A stretch of DNA of 57,830 nt, filler included, from Sphacelaria rigidula (lineage: Eukaryota), in NCBI GenBank assembly GCA_964200075.2. It is 7 parts of 7 records of this genome, joined end to end, with 100 filler letters (N's around TTAATTAATTAA, not from the genome) between each part and the next. Parts side by side here need not be neighbours in the genome. Positions count along the whole stretch, not along the records: positions 8,277 to 16,452 come from CAXNAA020012017.1; positions 16,553 to 24,728 come from CAXNAA020012018.1; 5 more parts are not named here. One strand, written 5' to 3'. Under the pieces are notes generated by a model. That model did no database searches and was not told the origin of the DNA. It was given only the letters and a program-made list of their open reading frames with translations. A program made the translations under genes and the position numbers. Below, piece after piece: positions 11,912 to 24,253 of the stretch. The first letter of the stretch is position 1; every line of letters starts with the position of its first letter.

Positions 11912-12444
11912 TTGGCATCAGTAGCATCCGTGATGTCACCCCCGAGATCCACAGCCGCATTGGCTAGGCCTGGACGTGCTTCTACAAGTACAGCAAAGCG
12001 GTATACGACAACCCGTACATCGCCCTCACCACCGAGGTTCGTCTCCTGAAAACTGAAGTGATCGAGGTAATGCTGTACCGCTGCGTGACCTGGACGATCG
12101 CACACTACAGTTTCGGCGCGCTACGGGAGGCCCATCAAGGATTCCTGCTGAGGTGTCTCAATAAGCATACCTCAAGCCGCAGCGCCCCCGACTACCACAT
12201 GCTGCCATACCACGAGGTTCTCGAACGAACTAGCTGCGAGTGCATTGAGGCCACAGTGATGAGGTTAACCCTCCTACACCCCGGCCGCGTTATACGCATG
12301 CACGATGGACGCCTCCCCAACATCGTCATGCGTGGAGTCATGGCTGGGGGACAGACGAGGGCAGGTCGACCAGCAAGGCGGCTAACACATTGTTGGGGTG
12401 CCGATCGCTCACGAATCATTGAGGATTTCCCCCCCGAAAACTAG
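11912..12444 (+). pseudogene. RTE-clade LINE ORF2 C-terminal remnant
   Basis: Translation EIHSRIG*AWTCF...LLKTEVIEVMLYRCVTW...LLRCL...GRVIRMHDGRLPNIVMRG...RAGRPARR matches the RTE post-RT motifs LxYGxETW, GHVxRMxxxRLP and GxRxxGRP. It contains an in-frame stop. Confidence 0.8.
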
Positions 12445-12589
12445 CCAGTCAGAATCAAAGGACCCGTCGGTTCCAAGAGGACCACGAAAGGCCTTCTGCG
12501 CGGATCACACACACTGCCTCAGGTGGATCGCTCATGGGCGTACTGATAATTTATCAAGATTCTTCCGATGTAGATGCCCACCGTGGCGG

Positions 12590-13460
12590 TGACTATAGAC
12601 AAAGCCGAATTAAAACAGAGATTACAATAACAGAGTACAACAAGAGTACAAGTAGTGCAATGCGGTAAAACAAGCTGTGTGACAAACTACAGTACAGTCT
12701 TTTCTTGTCTCTCTCTCCAATGCTGTATTTCCCTTGTTCAATGGGCACCATTAATGATCAGATGACTCGAAATCTTTGAAAAGCGTTGAACCTATGAGCC
12801 TCCACGGTGGGTCACCTGGGTCTTGCATTCATCTTTCAAGTCAAAGTTATGCCAATGCACAACCGATTACTCTCCCCATAGGTGGTTGCAGACAGATGGA
12901 TAAAACCAAACAAGGCTCAGTGCAGGACAGGACGATGCAGTGCAAATGTAGAACAGTACAATTCAGGAGAGTGCTGTCTTCTCTCCCGCCACCCCCCTGC
13001 GTACCGTCCCATCGCTCCCCTCATCTATGGCCATCACCATGGACCAGATTACACGAAACCTTTTGAAAGCGTGAACCCGTCCTGCCCCTAGCTCTGGAAG
13101 TGAACCCTTGACCCTCCTCGGTGGGTAATCTGTGTCTTGCATTCAACTTTCAAGTCAAAATTATGCCAATGCACAACACATGACCGGCCTGAAGGTGGGG
13201 TATGTAGCTGGGCAAAGCCGAACAACAAGGCACAACAGCACAATACAGGGCAATGCAATACAACACAGTACAGTATAGTAGAGTGTTCTCTCTCTCTCCC
13301 TCCGTGCGTTCCTTCCCATTGCTCCCATTACCAATGGGTACCACCATGGCCAAGATTACAAGAAACCTTTTGAAAGCGCGAACTCGTCCTGCCCCCAGCT
13401 ATGTACGTTTACCCTTGGGCAACCATGAGCAATCTGCGTCCGTTCATATTTCGAACCTCA
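12590..13460. repeat. Degenerate tandem repeat of three ~300-nt units
   Basis: ATGG...CACCAT..CCAGATTAC.CGAAACCTTTTGAAAGCG recurs at ~12741, ~13027 and ~13334. TCTTGCATTCA.CTTTCAAGTCAAA.TTATGCCAATGCACAAC occurs at ~12821 and ~13135. Confidence 0.75.
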
Positions 13461-14509
13461 TCATGCCTATCAATTCAGTATATGGAAACACAACACTGAT
13501 GAAGCTTCATACTGTAGCAGCGCAGGGATGATGCATAGACGGCAGGCCGGTAAGGGTGGACTCTGCATAATCAAGAATCAGAAGAGCACAACACAGTCAT
13601 CATGGTGTTGTCTGCTCCAGTACACACCAGGCTCTCCAACGTCCCCAGAGCGGCTGGATACACACACGATAGCGTTTTGCTCTTCATATTCTCTCGGAGT
13701 GCATTACACATGGACATAGTTTTACGAACCGAAAAAGTTACTCCGGCTCAGATCTACGCTGCCTTCTTGCTTCCCCCGTCCCGTCTTCGTGTTTTTTCCC
13801 CCCCATTTGCTCTTGTCGGGGACGGTGGTTCGTTGGGGAGAGTCCATCGACAGGCCAGCTAAATCAGAGACGATCTCGTCGACCACGAGTGCGATTCGAG
13901 CGCTGGTTTTGCGTTGTGTGCTTCAAATCACGACGCATGTTGTGACGATCTTGCTTTTTTGGAACGTCCCACGCTCGGTACATCCGACAGCAAAAAGTAT
14001 TCTATCCGTTTGTGGTTTCATCCATCGCTCCGACAAACACTAAAACGAGTATGTTTTAGTTTCAACCATTTTTCCGATCAGTTGGTAACGTCTGTTGGAT
14101 CTTGCAGTGCGCGTCAGGGGTGTGCACGTGTATATGGCGTCTGAACAGGGAGGGCGTCGCTTGATCGCACGATTCGCCCGGTCTAATGATGTGGTGTTTC
14201 ATCAAGTATATCCACATGGAAGAAAGGAAATAACCATTAAGTCCATTTGCGGCCGCAGAAAAAGCAGAAATCCGGATTTTTGCGCAGAAAAATGGCAGCG
14301 AAAAACACAGCAGGAAAACCGAACTATGTCGCAGATTTTCAGAAAATATAACAGATTCTATAGAGGATTGAACATGAGTGGCGCAGATTTCAACAGCGCA
14401 GACTTGCGATCTCACCGGGCAAAAAACCTGCAGACAGACAGACGGACCTCCTCCTTTCAGAGCCCTACACGTTACACGTTCATGTTTCACGTTTCAGGCC
14501 AAGCGTTAA

Positions 14510-14607
14510 CTCTCAGACCGCGAGGTTAGTCTTCTGTTGAATCGGCATCAATTTCAAGTGAAAAAAAGTATGCATGGTCCAGAAAGAGTACTCTCGCGGT
14601 CCAAGGG
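14510..14607. mobile_element. ~98-nt piggyBac-like MITE
   Basis: TTAA flanks both sides (14506-14509 and 14608-14611), with TIR C(C/T)CT..GACCGCGAG ... CTCGCGGTCCAAGGG. Other copies lie at 25168, 26995, 28092, 43265, 44060 and 44164, with a partial copy at ~16194. Confidence 0.8.
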
Positions 14608-15216
14608 TTAAGCCGGGCTAGTACTACGGTGGGGGATGGGGACGACGTGGGGAGCTCTGTTCAAAAGTCAAGCCGAATCAGGGCTCCCCACGCGGTCCCC
14701 CACCGTATTACTCCGCGGCAGTTGTGGGGGGGGCGCCGTAGCCGCCGGTCGGGTCTTGGGGTTCAACACAGGCTGATGGCGTGTCGGGACATGTGTCCGG
14801 GTATGCAGTGTACCGGCTGCTTTTATAATGCGGTAACGGCCGTGCGGTGTTGACTGCTTTTGTGACTATCACGGCGTGGATTTCCGTTACACCGTGTAAC
14901 TGTCGCCGGTTTTGTGTGTATTATTTTTGGAGCGTTTGGTGACGGCGGTGTGGGGCTGGTACACCAAGAATGTGTGGTCGCCGCCGCGTGCTATTGGCGA
15001 CCGATTGTGTCTCTCATATTTTTTCTTTCATTTTTGGGGATGACTATATATTGCACTCGATGTCGCAAACGCCCTTGACTACACCGGGGCGGCACGGCCG
15101 CATGCCGCTTTATAACACCATCTTTATTCGTATTCAGAGAGTAATGTGGAGATCGCCATTTGGGCGCGTGCGGAGAGATTTCCTTTTATGATATGTAACC
15201 TATAATAGTGAACGGC

Positions 15217-15535
15217 TGTTACAGGGATTAGGTCACAGGAGTCCCGAAACTTCCATATCTCTACAGCCGGATCTGAGACCCCAAGGTGCCAGGGATCTTC
15301 CCGGCGACATGCTGGCTATCCCTGGGGCATCACCCTTGACGTAGACTCTTAGACTCCGTCATCGGGCTAACTCGCTCGCGCTCGTCGAGCTTTCCCGAGT
15401 TATCCACTTTGCCTCAACCCCACGACTTACGGTCAATCCTTGACTACAAAACCCGAGGGAAATCATCGGCCACCTTCGACGGTTTCTACCGTCACCGGGA
15501 GTCTTATGACTTCCACATTGGCGAACAGCAGTTTC
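15217..15535 (+). mobile_element. Possible LTR (TG...CA, ~300 nt) with a degenerate primer-binding site
   Basis: Starts TGTTACAGG and ends TTCCACA (15517), followed by TTGGCGAACAGCAG, which is loosely complementary to a tRNA 3' end. No second LTR or coding region is seen. Confidence 0.3.
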
Positions 15536-15732
15536 AGACAAGCGTGCGGGGCACACTAGATACTTTTCGGTAAGGCAAATACGGCGACACCTACTACACC
15601 GGTCGAGGCGCTCATGAGCACAAACAACAAGACGTTGCCTGGACGCCAGGGACGCCAGGGCTGGTCAAGGAGTGCAATAATAGCAGGTGAAATGCATGGG
15701 TCATATCCACAAGGATTTCGGTTGAGAGGTCA

Positions 15733-15892
15733 GACGTGCAACGTGTTCCCCTGGCGAAGTGTGCGTTGCCAGACCTCAAATCGGCGCCCCAGGCGCCGAT
15801 TGAGACAAAAACGCGTTCTGCGCACGCTAGGAGCACGCCAGGAGCACAGCCCCCTTCAAAGATCCGGATTTCGGTATATACACTAAAATCCA
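15733..15892 (+). repeat. Dispersed repeat, same family as 45643-45843
   Basis: Shares AAAACGCGTTCTGCGCACGCTAGGAGCAC...AAAGATCCGGATT...TACACTAAA with 45770-45840. Confidence 0.7.
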
Positions 15893-17916
15893 ATACGCAC
15901 CTGTCCACAACCCGGACATTTCCGAGGACTATCGGTCAACGACCGAGTGGTAAAATCCACTGGCGAAATCAGCCTCTGTAGGGTGCATCACATGCCACCT
16001 TCAGGGCTTGTCAAGTTGCGGAGCCACACCCATCAACTCACCTCTCACCACTGCGTAGCACTACTAGAGGCACGGCAATCAATCAAGCAGACCGACCTCT
16101 ACAAACGCGGTGATTCGAGATAGCACCGAAAAAAGTACTACCCAACCTGCACATGCACTACCTTACATACCCGACCATTAACCCTTAGATTAACCCTTAG
16201 ACCGCGAGATTAGTCTTTGTGCAGTTGCTTCCGAAGTTTGTCACATTATGCACTCCCGCGCCCAACCTAGCTTGTGGGGGGTGGGTAGGGAAAACCTCAT
16301 GAATCACCCGTTCAAAACAGTGCGACTGTTACAGATTTATTGGTCATGTTCCAGTCGACTGGGTTCCATTTGTCATACTTTGTCATGCTTGGTACCTGAT
16401 GGGTCATACTACATTGTTTGATTGAATTGAGCTGCCTGCCCCCTTTGGGTCANNNNNNNNNNNNNNNNNNNNNNNNNNNNNNNNNNNNNNNNNNNNTTAA
16501 TTAATTAANNNNNNNNNNNNNNNNNNNNNNNNNNNNNNNNNNNNNNNNNNNNTTTTAATCCTCCGGGTTCTCATCCTCAATGAAAATCTCCATCCTCAAC
16601 ATAGATGATCCGCTGTTTCGGGGGATGTTGTACTATGCCGTCAGCTGTGATGTACGCGCGTTGCTATTTATACCAGCAGTGGGAGCCAGCGTGTGCGTGT
16701 GTGCGTGTTTTGTACAGTACGGTAGGATGTGAAAGAGAAGCGGGCCACGTGCAGTACAGGCAGCTCAGTACTACTACAATCTGTACTCTCTGATTATTTA
16801 CAATACGACGTGAAAAACACTTGAACAACGCGCAGCTTTGTGCTACCTGCACTACTGTGATGTCCATGATCGTGTATACACAATGCAAGTCGGTCGATTG
16901 TTTATTATGTGATTTTCTTGAATTTTGAAAATGTTGAAAGAAATTGATCAACAAAAACACTGACAAAGAACGACATTTTTATGGCGGGCTTTGCGAGGTT
17001 CGTATATTTGCTTCTGCTTCTTGCCCGCCCTGTCCCGATGATCTCGGATGCCGGCAACGCTCACACACTTCCATGTACAAAACACGAGCGCACGGTAGCG
17101 ACAGCCTGTATCCAAAGTAGAAACATTATCTCACGCCTCGCCAATTTTCTCGGACTACTAGTGCTAGGTATTCGAGGCACACGACACGGAACATGATCTC
17201 ATACATGTAATCATGGTGGGTGATGGGCTTGGAGGGGCGGTGTTTCCGTCATATCAGCGGTCTCCATGCCAAGGATTTCTGTATACGACAGCTGACCGCA
17301 TCCGCCAACGCCTCGGCAACAAAAAAGGAGATAGCAGGCTGGGTGTCCCCCCCACCCCCACCCCCCTCGAAAACTCGAATGTTCGATCTTGGGGTCTACG
17401 TGTCCCGAAATATATTTTTGACAGACGCTTGACTGGAGCGGGTTATTTTTCCATTTCCCAAGAGGCACTCTCGATGAAATCACTTGCTCAGGGGGGTCAT
17501 GTGTCCTCTATAGACTATAAGGCTCTATAGCGGTTTCGTGTACTATACTGTCCACTCCAGAGGCACCATCACAATATCATATGATCCACTAGAGGGTATT
17601 TTATCCTCCGGAGGCCAATTTGCCTTCTAGACAGAGGTCTGTCGGGATAATATTTTTGACACGCACCTTCCCCCCCCCCGGCCCTCCCGGAGGACACCTT
17701 TTCGAATATCATCATGACTTTTCTGATCTCTTCGTTGAACATTGTAGGAGTTTCGTGGTTTTGTCCGTGAGGACCGCGGGTCTGTCATCTAATCGGAGGC
17801 GAAGATATCCGTCGAAGCCCTGCCTCAGCCCCGCTCCTGGTCGGACAAACACACGAGCATCTGGCACCCACAATATCAAAACACAAACTGCGAACCTCAA
17901 GACCACCTTTTTCAGC

Positions 17917-17953
17917 ATGGCTCCCATGAAGCTTACGTACTTCGACGTTCCCG
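17917..17953 (+). CDS. GST: Glutathione S-transferase (sigma-like), exon 1
   Basis: ATG GCT CCC ATG AAG CTT ACG TAC TTC GAC GTT CCC G|gtatgt gives MAPMKLTYFDVP(G), with the KLTYF motif containing the catalytic Tyr. Confidence 0.9.
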
Positions 17954-18309
17954 GTATGTGGAAATACCGGGAAGAATATCCACGTGGTCGGTGCGATTGG
18001 CAGCGCGGATAGATTTCAAGTTGCCGTCTGTGCCCTGCTCCATGTTCCGGTGGACCACCGTGCGTTTGCACGAGGGTGGCACTGATCGTTGTCAGTTCTG
18101 TCCGACGCGGTCACGTCACCTGACATCATGGTGACGTCTCGTAGGCATAGCACAGTGCAATGTAGCGCAACGCAGCGCAGCCCTCTCTTTGGTGCTGCGC
18201 ACTGCGCGATTGACACATCAGCTGAAATCCACAGCGAGAAAAACGCGACGAAAAGTTGAAAAGTTCGCCCTCGCACCCTCAATGTATTATTCCGTGTTGC
18301 GTTTGACAG

Positions 18310-18405
18310 GAATCGGTGAACCTATACGGTGGGCCCTTGAAATTGGAGGACAGGAGTGGGAGGATGTTCGTCTATCGGGAGAAGAAATTGCGGCCATCAA
18401 GCATA
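18310..18405 (+). CDS. GST: Glutathione S-transferase (sigma-like), exon 2
   Basis: ttgacag|GA ATC GGT GAA CCT ATA CGG ... CAT A|gtgagt gives (G)IGEPIRWALEIGGQEWEDVRLSGEEIAAIKH, with EPIR and EDVR motifs. The phase matches exon 1. Confidence 0.9.
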
Positions 18406-21400
18406 GTGAGTAGTGTCTGCAGGTACTATGCGCGTTCAATGCTATGCTCACGTGAAAGGGAATGCGGTTATGCACACCTGGAAGCTGAAAAAAGCCAGCT
18501 TCCTGTGTTGAATCTCACCGCTGCCGTTGTGGTGTAAGATACTCAGGATACTTGACGCCGTGTTGTGGGTTCAGGTCTCGGGAAAGATTTCGGCAAGCAA
18601 GATTTTGTCCACGGCCCTAATTACCCGCCGCCTATCGCTTTTACCCGTTGAGTGCCTACAGATACGCAACAACCCCTGAAATAATCGAGGCGAGAACAAG
18701 CAACGCGCGTGCAAACTAGATCAACCGTTGTTGGGATAATTTTCGTCTCGAAATAATTACCCGCCGCCCCCTCTAACGCTCTCACCGTCCAGAGCTCCTG
18801 GTATTGATGGTTTGAATCTACACCGTTATTCAGTACGAGCACCAGCGGGTGTAGTCTGGGTTCTGTGCTCATTTATGAGGAGAAACATGAGGCCTGCTTG
18901 ACAGATTGTCGACTCTAGAGGTCAAAGCATTGAGGCGCTCCTCGCCGGTTTTGAGGAGCACGCAGTACTCAGAGGGAAGAGACCGCAGCTGGCAGTGGAA
19001 GCACTGCAGCACTGGAAAAACTGAGTGGAAGCTTACCAACCAACCGAAGTAGGGCAACACCCGGAATGCGGCCTTATGGCAAACACTCTCAAAGTCTCAT
19101 CTCCGATTCGCGGTTTGCATGTTTTATACGAGTGTTAGACCTGCGATGCATGGGCAAATGAGGAAGTGCTTCCCAGGACTTCGAGATACCTCTAATGTTC
19201 GTGTTCATGTCCCACAGGGCTCGACTGGTCCTAGAACGTGGATGAGTATCTCCTCAGCTTCTTCTGCAAGCTGAACTTTTCTCCGTGGTGGGGAGTAAAA
19301 TTTGTCGATGCTTCATGTTCTTGTGATTTCTGTAGAGGAACTCCTCCGTGTTGCCCGACCCCAACACCAATTAAATTATTTTTGACATGACAGCACAGTT
19401 GATGATGCTGTGGGCAAGAGGCTTAGAAATTTAATTATTTCTCCCCGCGTGTCCTTCGAGGATAAAGTTCGCAATTTTTGAATTTTTCAACCCTTCTGGG
19501 CGACGGAGTAGGTGCAACTGCGATTAGTTGGGAAGTAACAGTGGCGTGCGTTGCAGCCCTTGCTCCTGTGTTCCAACATAGTTTGGGTCTCCGAGCTGCT
19601 CTAGTTCTCTTCGCCATGGATGCAAGCATGATCGTGAATGCCTGAGCACGTATCTTTTTATTCCTGGGTAGAGTGCTACAATGACTATTTCACTATTTGA
19701 CTGAACCGGAGATTTTTCTGTGCTCGTGAGTGTATTCCATGACATGCTCAAGAAAAACACAAAATCGGGACGAAATCCGGCCCCATTTCGCCCCGGCATG
19801 CGGTGGTGCACTGCGCAACTTCCGATTTACCAGTATAAGATTGTTGCCTGCAATCTACATGGCATGTGGCCGAAGTTTCAGTGCGTAGAAGCGCTGGCAG
19901 CGCGTGTACGGCCGTGTCTCCTGAAGTGAGCAGGTGTATGTACAGGAGATACCAAGAAGGGTACCGCGCAGAATGTCATCATCCAGAGTGTGTCCTTTTA
20001 CAGATCGATGTTTGTTTGCCGGCGCAGAAGGCGCCCAGGAGGTCATGATGTGGAAGTGAGCGCAGCTGCGTGTCAACATATGCATCCATTGACGTCTCAC
20101 ATAGTCTGGGCCGCGGTGATGCCGTCTTGAGGGCGTATCGACGGCATTACCCCAAATCCGTAGTCACTCTGTGCGACTTGCGGACACTCCCAACACGCGT
20201 CGCCGATCCAGGAATATTCTGTCTGTGTGGTGTTTTCACCATGTAGTAACATGTTTCAAGCCAGTTCGTTCTCACGCGATGGAGAAATCCACAAGCAAAG
20301 TAAAGCTTCAAAAGTGGGAAACTGTAGTACAGGACCGTCCAAAGATAAATGAGTTTCGGTTACGCCGTATATTACTAGTGCGATGAGTTGCTGTACTGTC
20401 GAACTGTCCGCACCCTTTCCGCGACCCGCCGTGGACTAAGGCGGCAAACAACAGGAGGGTCCGCGTGCGCGTGGCAGCTTGTCTGCGACATTTAGCCCTC
20501 CCATGATTTCTTGTTTCAATGGTTTTGACGGCAGTGCGCATTGCAGACTGAGGTATCGCGCAGATGCCAAATAATGGCGCGCCGGTGTTGGGTGTGTGTA
20601 TCAGTGCGAATGATGTTGTGTATGCCGCCACGAAAGTCAGGGTTAACGAACGCCTACTTTTTTTTCCCTTCTTCGTTTCTCTTACCGAACATGTAGTATA
20701 TTGGCCACTTCTTATGTGTCATGGAGGAATCTTGTCGAAAAGTGGCTTTCTGGCCCCCCTCTGTCGTTTTTCGCCCGAAAATGAGGTTTAGGCGGATATT
20801 GACACGTCGGAATGACTTCATCTGTTTGTTGATACCGTGGCCGTTACATGCACTCCCATAACTTCTGTCGTCCTTCTTTCATACCTCGCGGGGGGACGGG
20901 GAAGCCGCGGTTCCCCAGGTAACGAGAGTAATTTCAATCATGTGGACGTACTTTGAAAACCCGAACTGGTTTGTTTTCATAGCTGTTCCGAATTTGGGCA
21001 CATAACAACGTGTTGCTATCGTGTGTGACCCGCTCTCGGCAGACGCTCTGCAGACGGGAGTCAGTAGAGTAGAGCAACGAAAGCTGCAGATTGAAGCTGA
21101 CGCACCCCTCTCCACCACGCTAGCAACAGTTAGGTCACCACCATAGGCTTTTTTTTCACTTCGCATGTCAAGAAGGTCTCCACAAGTGTTTGATCTCTCA
21201 CAGGCACACCCCCCAAGTGGCCTGTGGCAGGCTCTTGTGGTCGGGCGCCATGATGGTCAGATATGTCAGGGTAAAATCTACGATTACTAACCCCGCAAGT
21301 TCAAATCGGATCATCTGTTGTTTTTGCCGCAGCGCACTGTCCTTGCTGGCATGTGTGTGATAGACAACAGTAGTAGCGGTGACGGGAACATTGCCCTGTT

Positions 21401-22017
21401 TTTCAGCGCGCAGAAGCGCGTTCTGTTCAAAACGAGAGGCAGAGAGAAATCGATCTCCGCATTGGTGAGCTGCAGAGACAAGGGACGAAATCTCTCCGCA
21501 GCTCGATGTTCTTTGGGGATCCCTACCGACACATGACAAAGTCGGTACGTGTTGGTAACATGCATGATGCCAGTCTATCGAGCGATTGGTAATCGCCCAG
21601 CGAGGGCACACAAAGGACACGGGCGAGGAGCTTCCTCTCTATCGTTGCTTCTCTCTCTGGTGATATCGTCATCGACACGCGTGTACACCGCAGTCGTTCG
21701 GTGCATTTAGCCACAACTGATGATTCACTGGTGCAGAGTTTGGGGGAGAAGGATGGTTTTGCTATGTGTTACTGCTTCGCGTCATCCCTGCAAAAACGAT
21801 AAACCACTTGAACCTCATTTTGAGATCGACCCCCCAATTTTCAGGGTCCGCTGTTATCAGGTGTTCTATATACATATACATGCACATATGCAATAAACCT
21901 ATGTCCCAAACGAAGTTAGCTAAACAATCTCGAGCGTCTCGGTGACACCAACTTGTAAGGAATGCGTTATTTTGTCCTGGTCGATATTAGGGAGCTGGCA
22001 GTGAAGACGACATTTTC

Positions 22018-22426
22018 CAGGGCAAATCAAGTAGGTATACCTGGTACTCGGTATGTTGAAAACTCGTACTCTCAGTACTCGAACATCTGGGTAGAGTATT
22101 GAAATCGTACCTAATCTACCGAAAAAAATGTGGGGTATAAACATCGTACCCAACTTAGCCAAATTTAGAGTAGAGTATGGAGGTCATACCCAGGTGATGC
22201 TTTGTATCCCGGTATTCCTGAGAGTGCTTACCCAATATTTGGGTAGAGGATTGAGATCATCACAATCTACCCGAGTATTGGGCAGAGTATTTGAGGTGTC
22301 GAACCCAATCTGCCCGAAAAAAAAGCATAGTATTCGAGGCCGTACCCAATCTACCCAAATCTTGGATAGAGTAAATTACCCGGTATGTTTCCTGAGTATT
22401 CAAACGTACACACCCTACCGGGCCTG
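22018..22426. repeat. Internally repetitive element in GST intron 2 (possible non-autonomous DNA transposon)
   Basis: Contains many ACCCAATCTACCC and GGGTAGAGTA motifs in both orientations, with ends CAGGG...CCTG. No clear TSD. Confidence 0.4.
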
Positions 22427-23873
22427 CAATTTGATATTTTTACGGAAAATCCAAGGATGCATGAAAAAACAAATCCCGCACACATACGTCCCTAGTTTTT
22501 ATTCGGACCTCTCAGACGAGGATATAGGGTTTTAGACCACCACCCTTCCTCCCCAAAAAAACAAAAACAAAAAACGCGATCAAACTCCTGTAAAGTCGCC
22601 GATCCTTTACTAAATCCTACAGAACATTCAGCAGCGTCGGAGATGGGGTACCCCTCCCTAGATGTGGGAGGGGGGAGGGGGTAGCATACGATCTACGTAC
22701 CCCCCCTGATACCTAGGTACAATTAAGACAATGGAATGAAAACAAATTGAAATGCATGAATACATATAAATGAATAGAATTGAATGAATGAAAGCAAAAT
22801 AAACGAACAAACAAAAGCGCAGAAGACAGACGTAGGTACAGTCCCCCCATATTTCAGCCGAAACGTAAGTATAGTTAACCGCGCACATTGGACCTGTCCG
22901 TGCTAGGGCCACACCACTCTGGCACTCATCGGTGAAAGGACCAGCCACTTTGAGCTTATATTCGAAGAAAGCTCACTGTATCCCTTACTAAATCCTATCA
23001 TATATTGTTTCGAAAACGGATCCCATAGTGAATATTTTCAAACACTATACACAATGCCGCCATTGTAGGCTAGTCGCGAATCCCCTCTGTTTTTCCTGAT
23101 TTGCACGAGCTTGTATGTAAGTTGTGATTGTTGTTTTTTAATATATTTTGTCCCAAGGTTGTCATAGGGGATGATCTTGGTTGCGGGTCGTCTCCAACTA
23201 CGACCATAAAATAAAGACAAGACAACCCAAAGCAGCATGCGGGTGTTTCTAAAAAGTACGTATTTACAACGTAATTGAGGGGTAACGTCCATTGCACACC
23301 CGAATTGAGAGGGGGAAGGCAGAAAAAAGAAAATGTGAACTTGAAATATAAATATATATTTCAGCCCTCCGGGATTGTACTCATGATTTTGCATGCCATA
23401 TCCATAAGACCATTGGCCTCGCATCCCTACAACGACCGATAAGAGTCCCAGAAGTACGCTGGAGGCAGTTAGACACGAGTGTCGTCCAGATACTTGAAAT
23501 AGTGCGAACTCCAGGGGTGAATTTACACACTGAAGAGGATTCTTGTCCCAAATTTCCCCTGAGGCACCCTAAAAAAAATCATGTGCTTAAGGGGATCGTA
23601 TGCTCATCAGCGGCTTCATTTACTGTCCACTCCAGAGGCATTATGACGCACCAGAGGTGATTTCATCCTCCGGAGGGTCATTTTGCCTTTTAGAAGGAAA
23701 AAAATGCGATATTGGGATCTTAAGAAGGAGCCGATCGGCCGTGTGTGCCGCGAATCGAGTACTACTCCCAAAATACTGTTGAGTGTTTCAAACGCGCACA
23801 CAAGACGCCAATCTCTCCGTGACCTTCGTCCTTTCTCCTCTCGTTTCCCTTCCGGTTCCCCCCTGCACCTGTG

Positions 23874-24130
23874 ATGCTGTGGTAGGGGTGCACACATATT
23901 TTCTGAGGTTAGAATTGTTGGGAGCCCTTTACCTCATGCAAAACACGACCTACCTATGAAAATACGTGAAAGTACGCCAGGATTACTACTCCAATGTGCT
24001 GGGGATATCCCAAATTAATTTGCAGACGGGGATGCCCTGACCCATATTTTTGTGCATCTAGAATCGTTAGGAGCCCCTGAACTAGACATAATTTCGCGAA
24101 AAACGTGCACCCCTACCATAGCATTGCTCA
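23874..24130. mobile_element. ~250-nt MITE with TIR ATGCT(A/G)(C/T)GGTAGGGGTGCAC
   Basis: The ends are inverted (ATGCTGTGGTAGGGGTGCAC ... GTGCACCCCTACCATAGCAT). A full inverted copy lies at 40841-41093 and a partial copy at 33105-33168. Confidence 0.85.
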
Positions 24131-24160
24131 CCTCGTCACATTTCCTCGTCTGCTCTGCAG

Positions 24161-24253
24161 CTCTACCCAACGGACAGGTACCTGTACTGGAGTTCGATGG
24201 CTTCAAACTGGCCCAGAGCATGGCTATCCTGCGCTTCGTCGGCAAGAAGGCAG
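24161..24253 (+). CDS. GST: Glutathione S-transferase (sigma-like), exon 3; the C-terminal domain exons are not in this segment
   Basis: ctctgcag|CT CTA CCC AAC GGA CAG GTA CCT ... GCA G|gtgagg gives (T)LPNGQVPVLEFDGFKLAQSMAILRFVGKKA(G), with the GQVP cis-Pro and QSxAIxRF G-site motifs. Confidence 0.92.
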
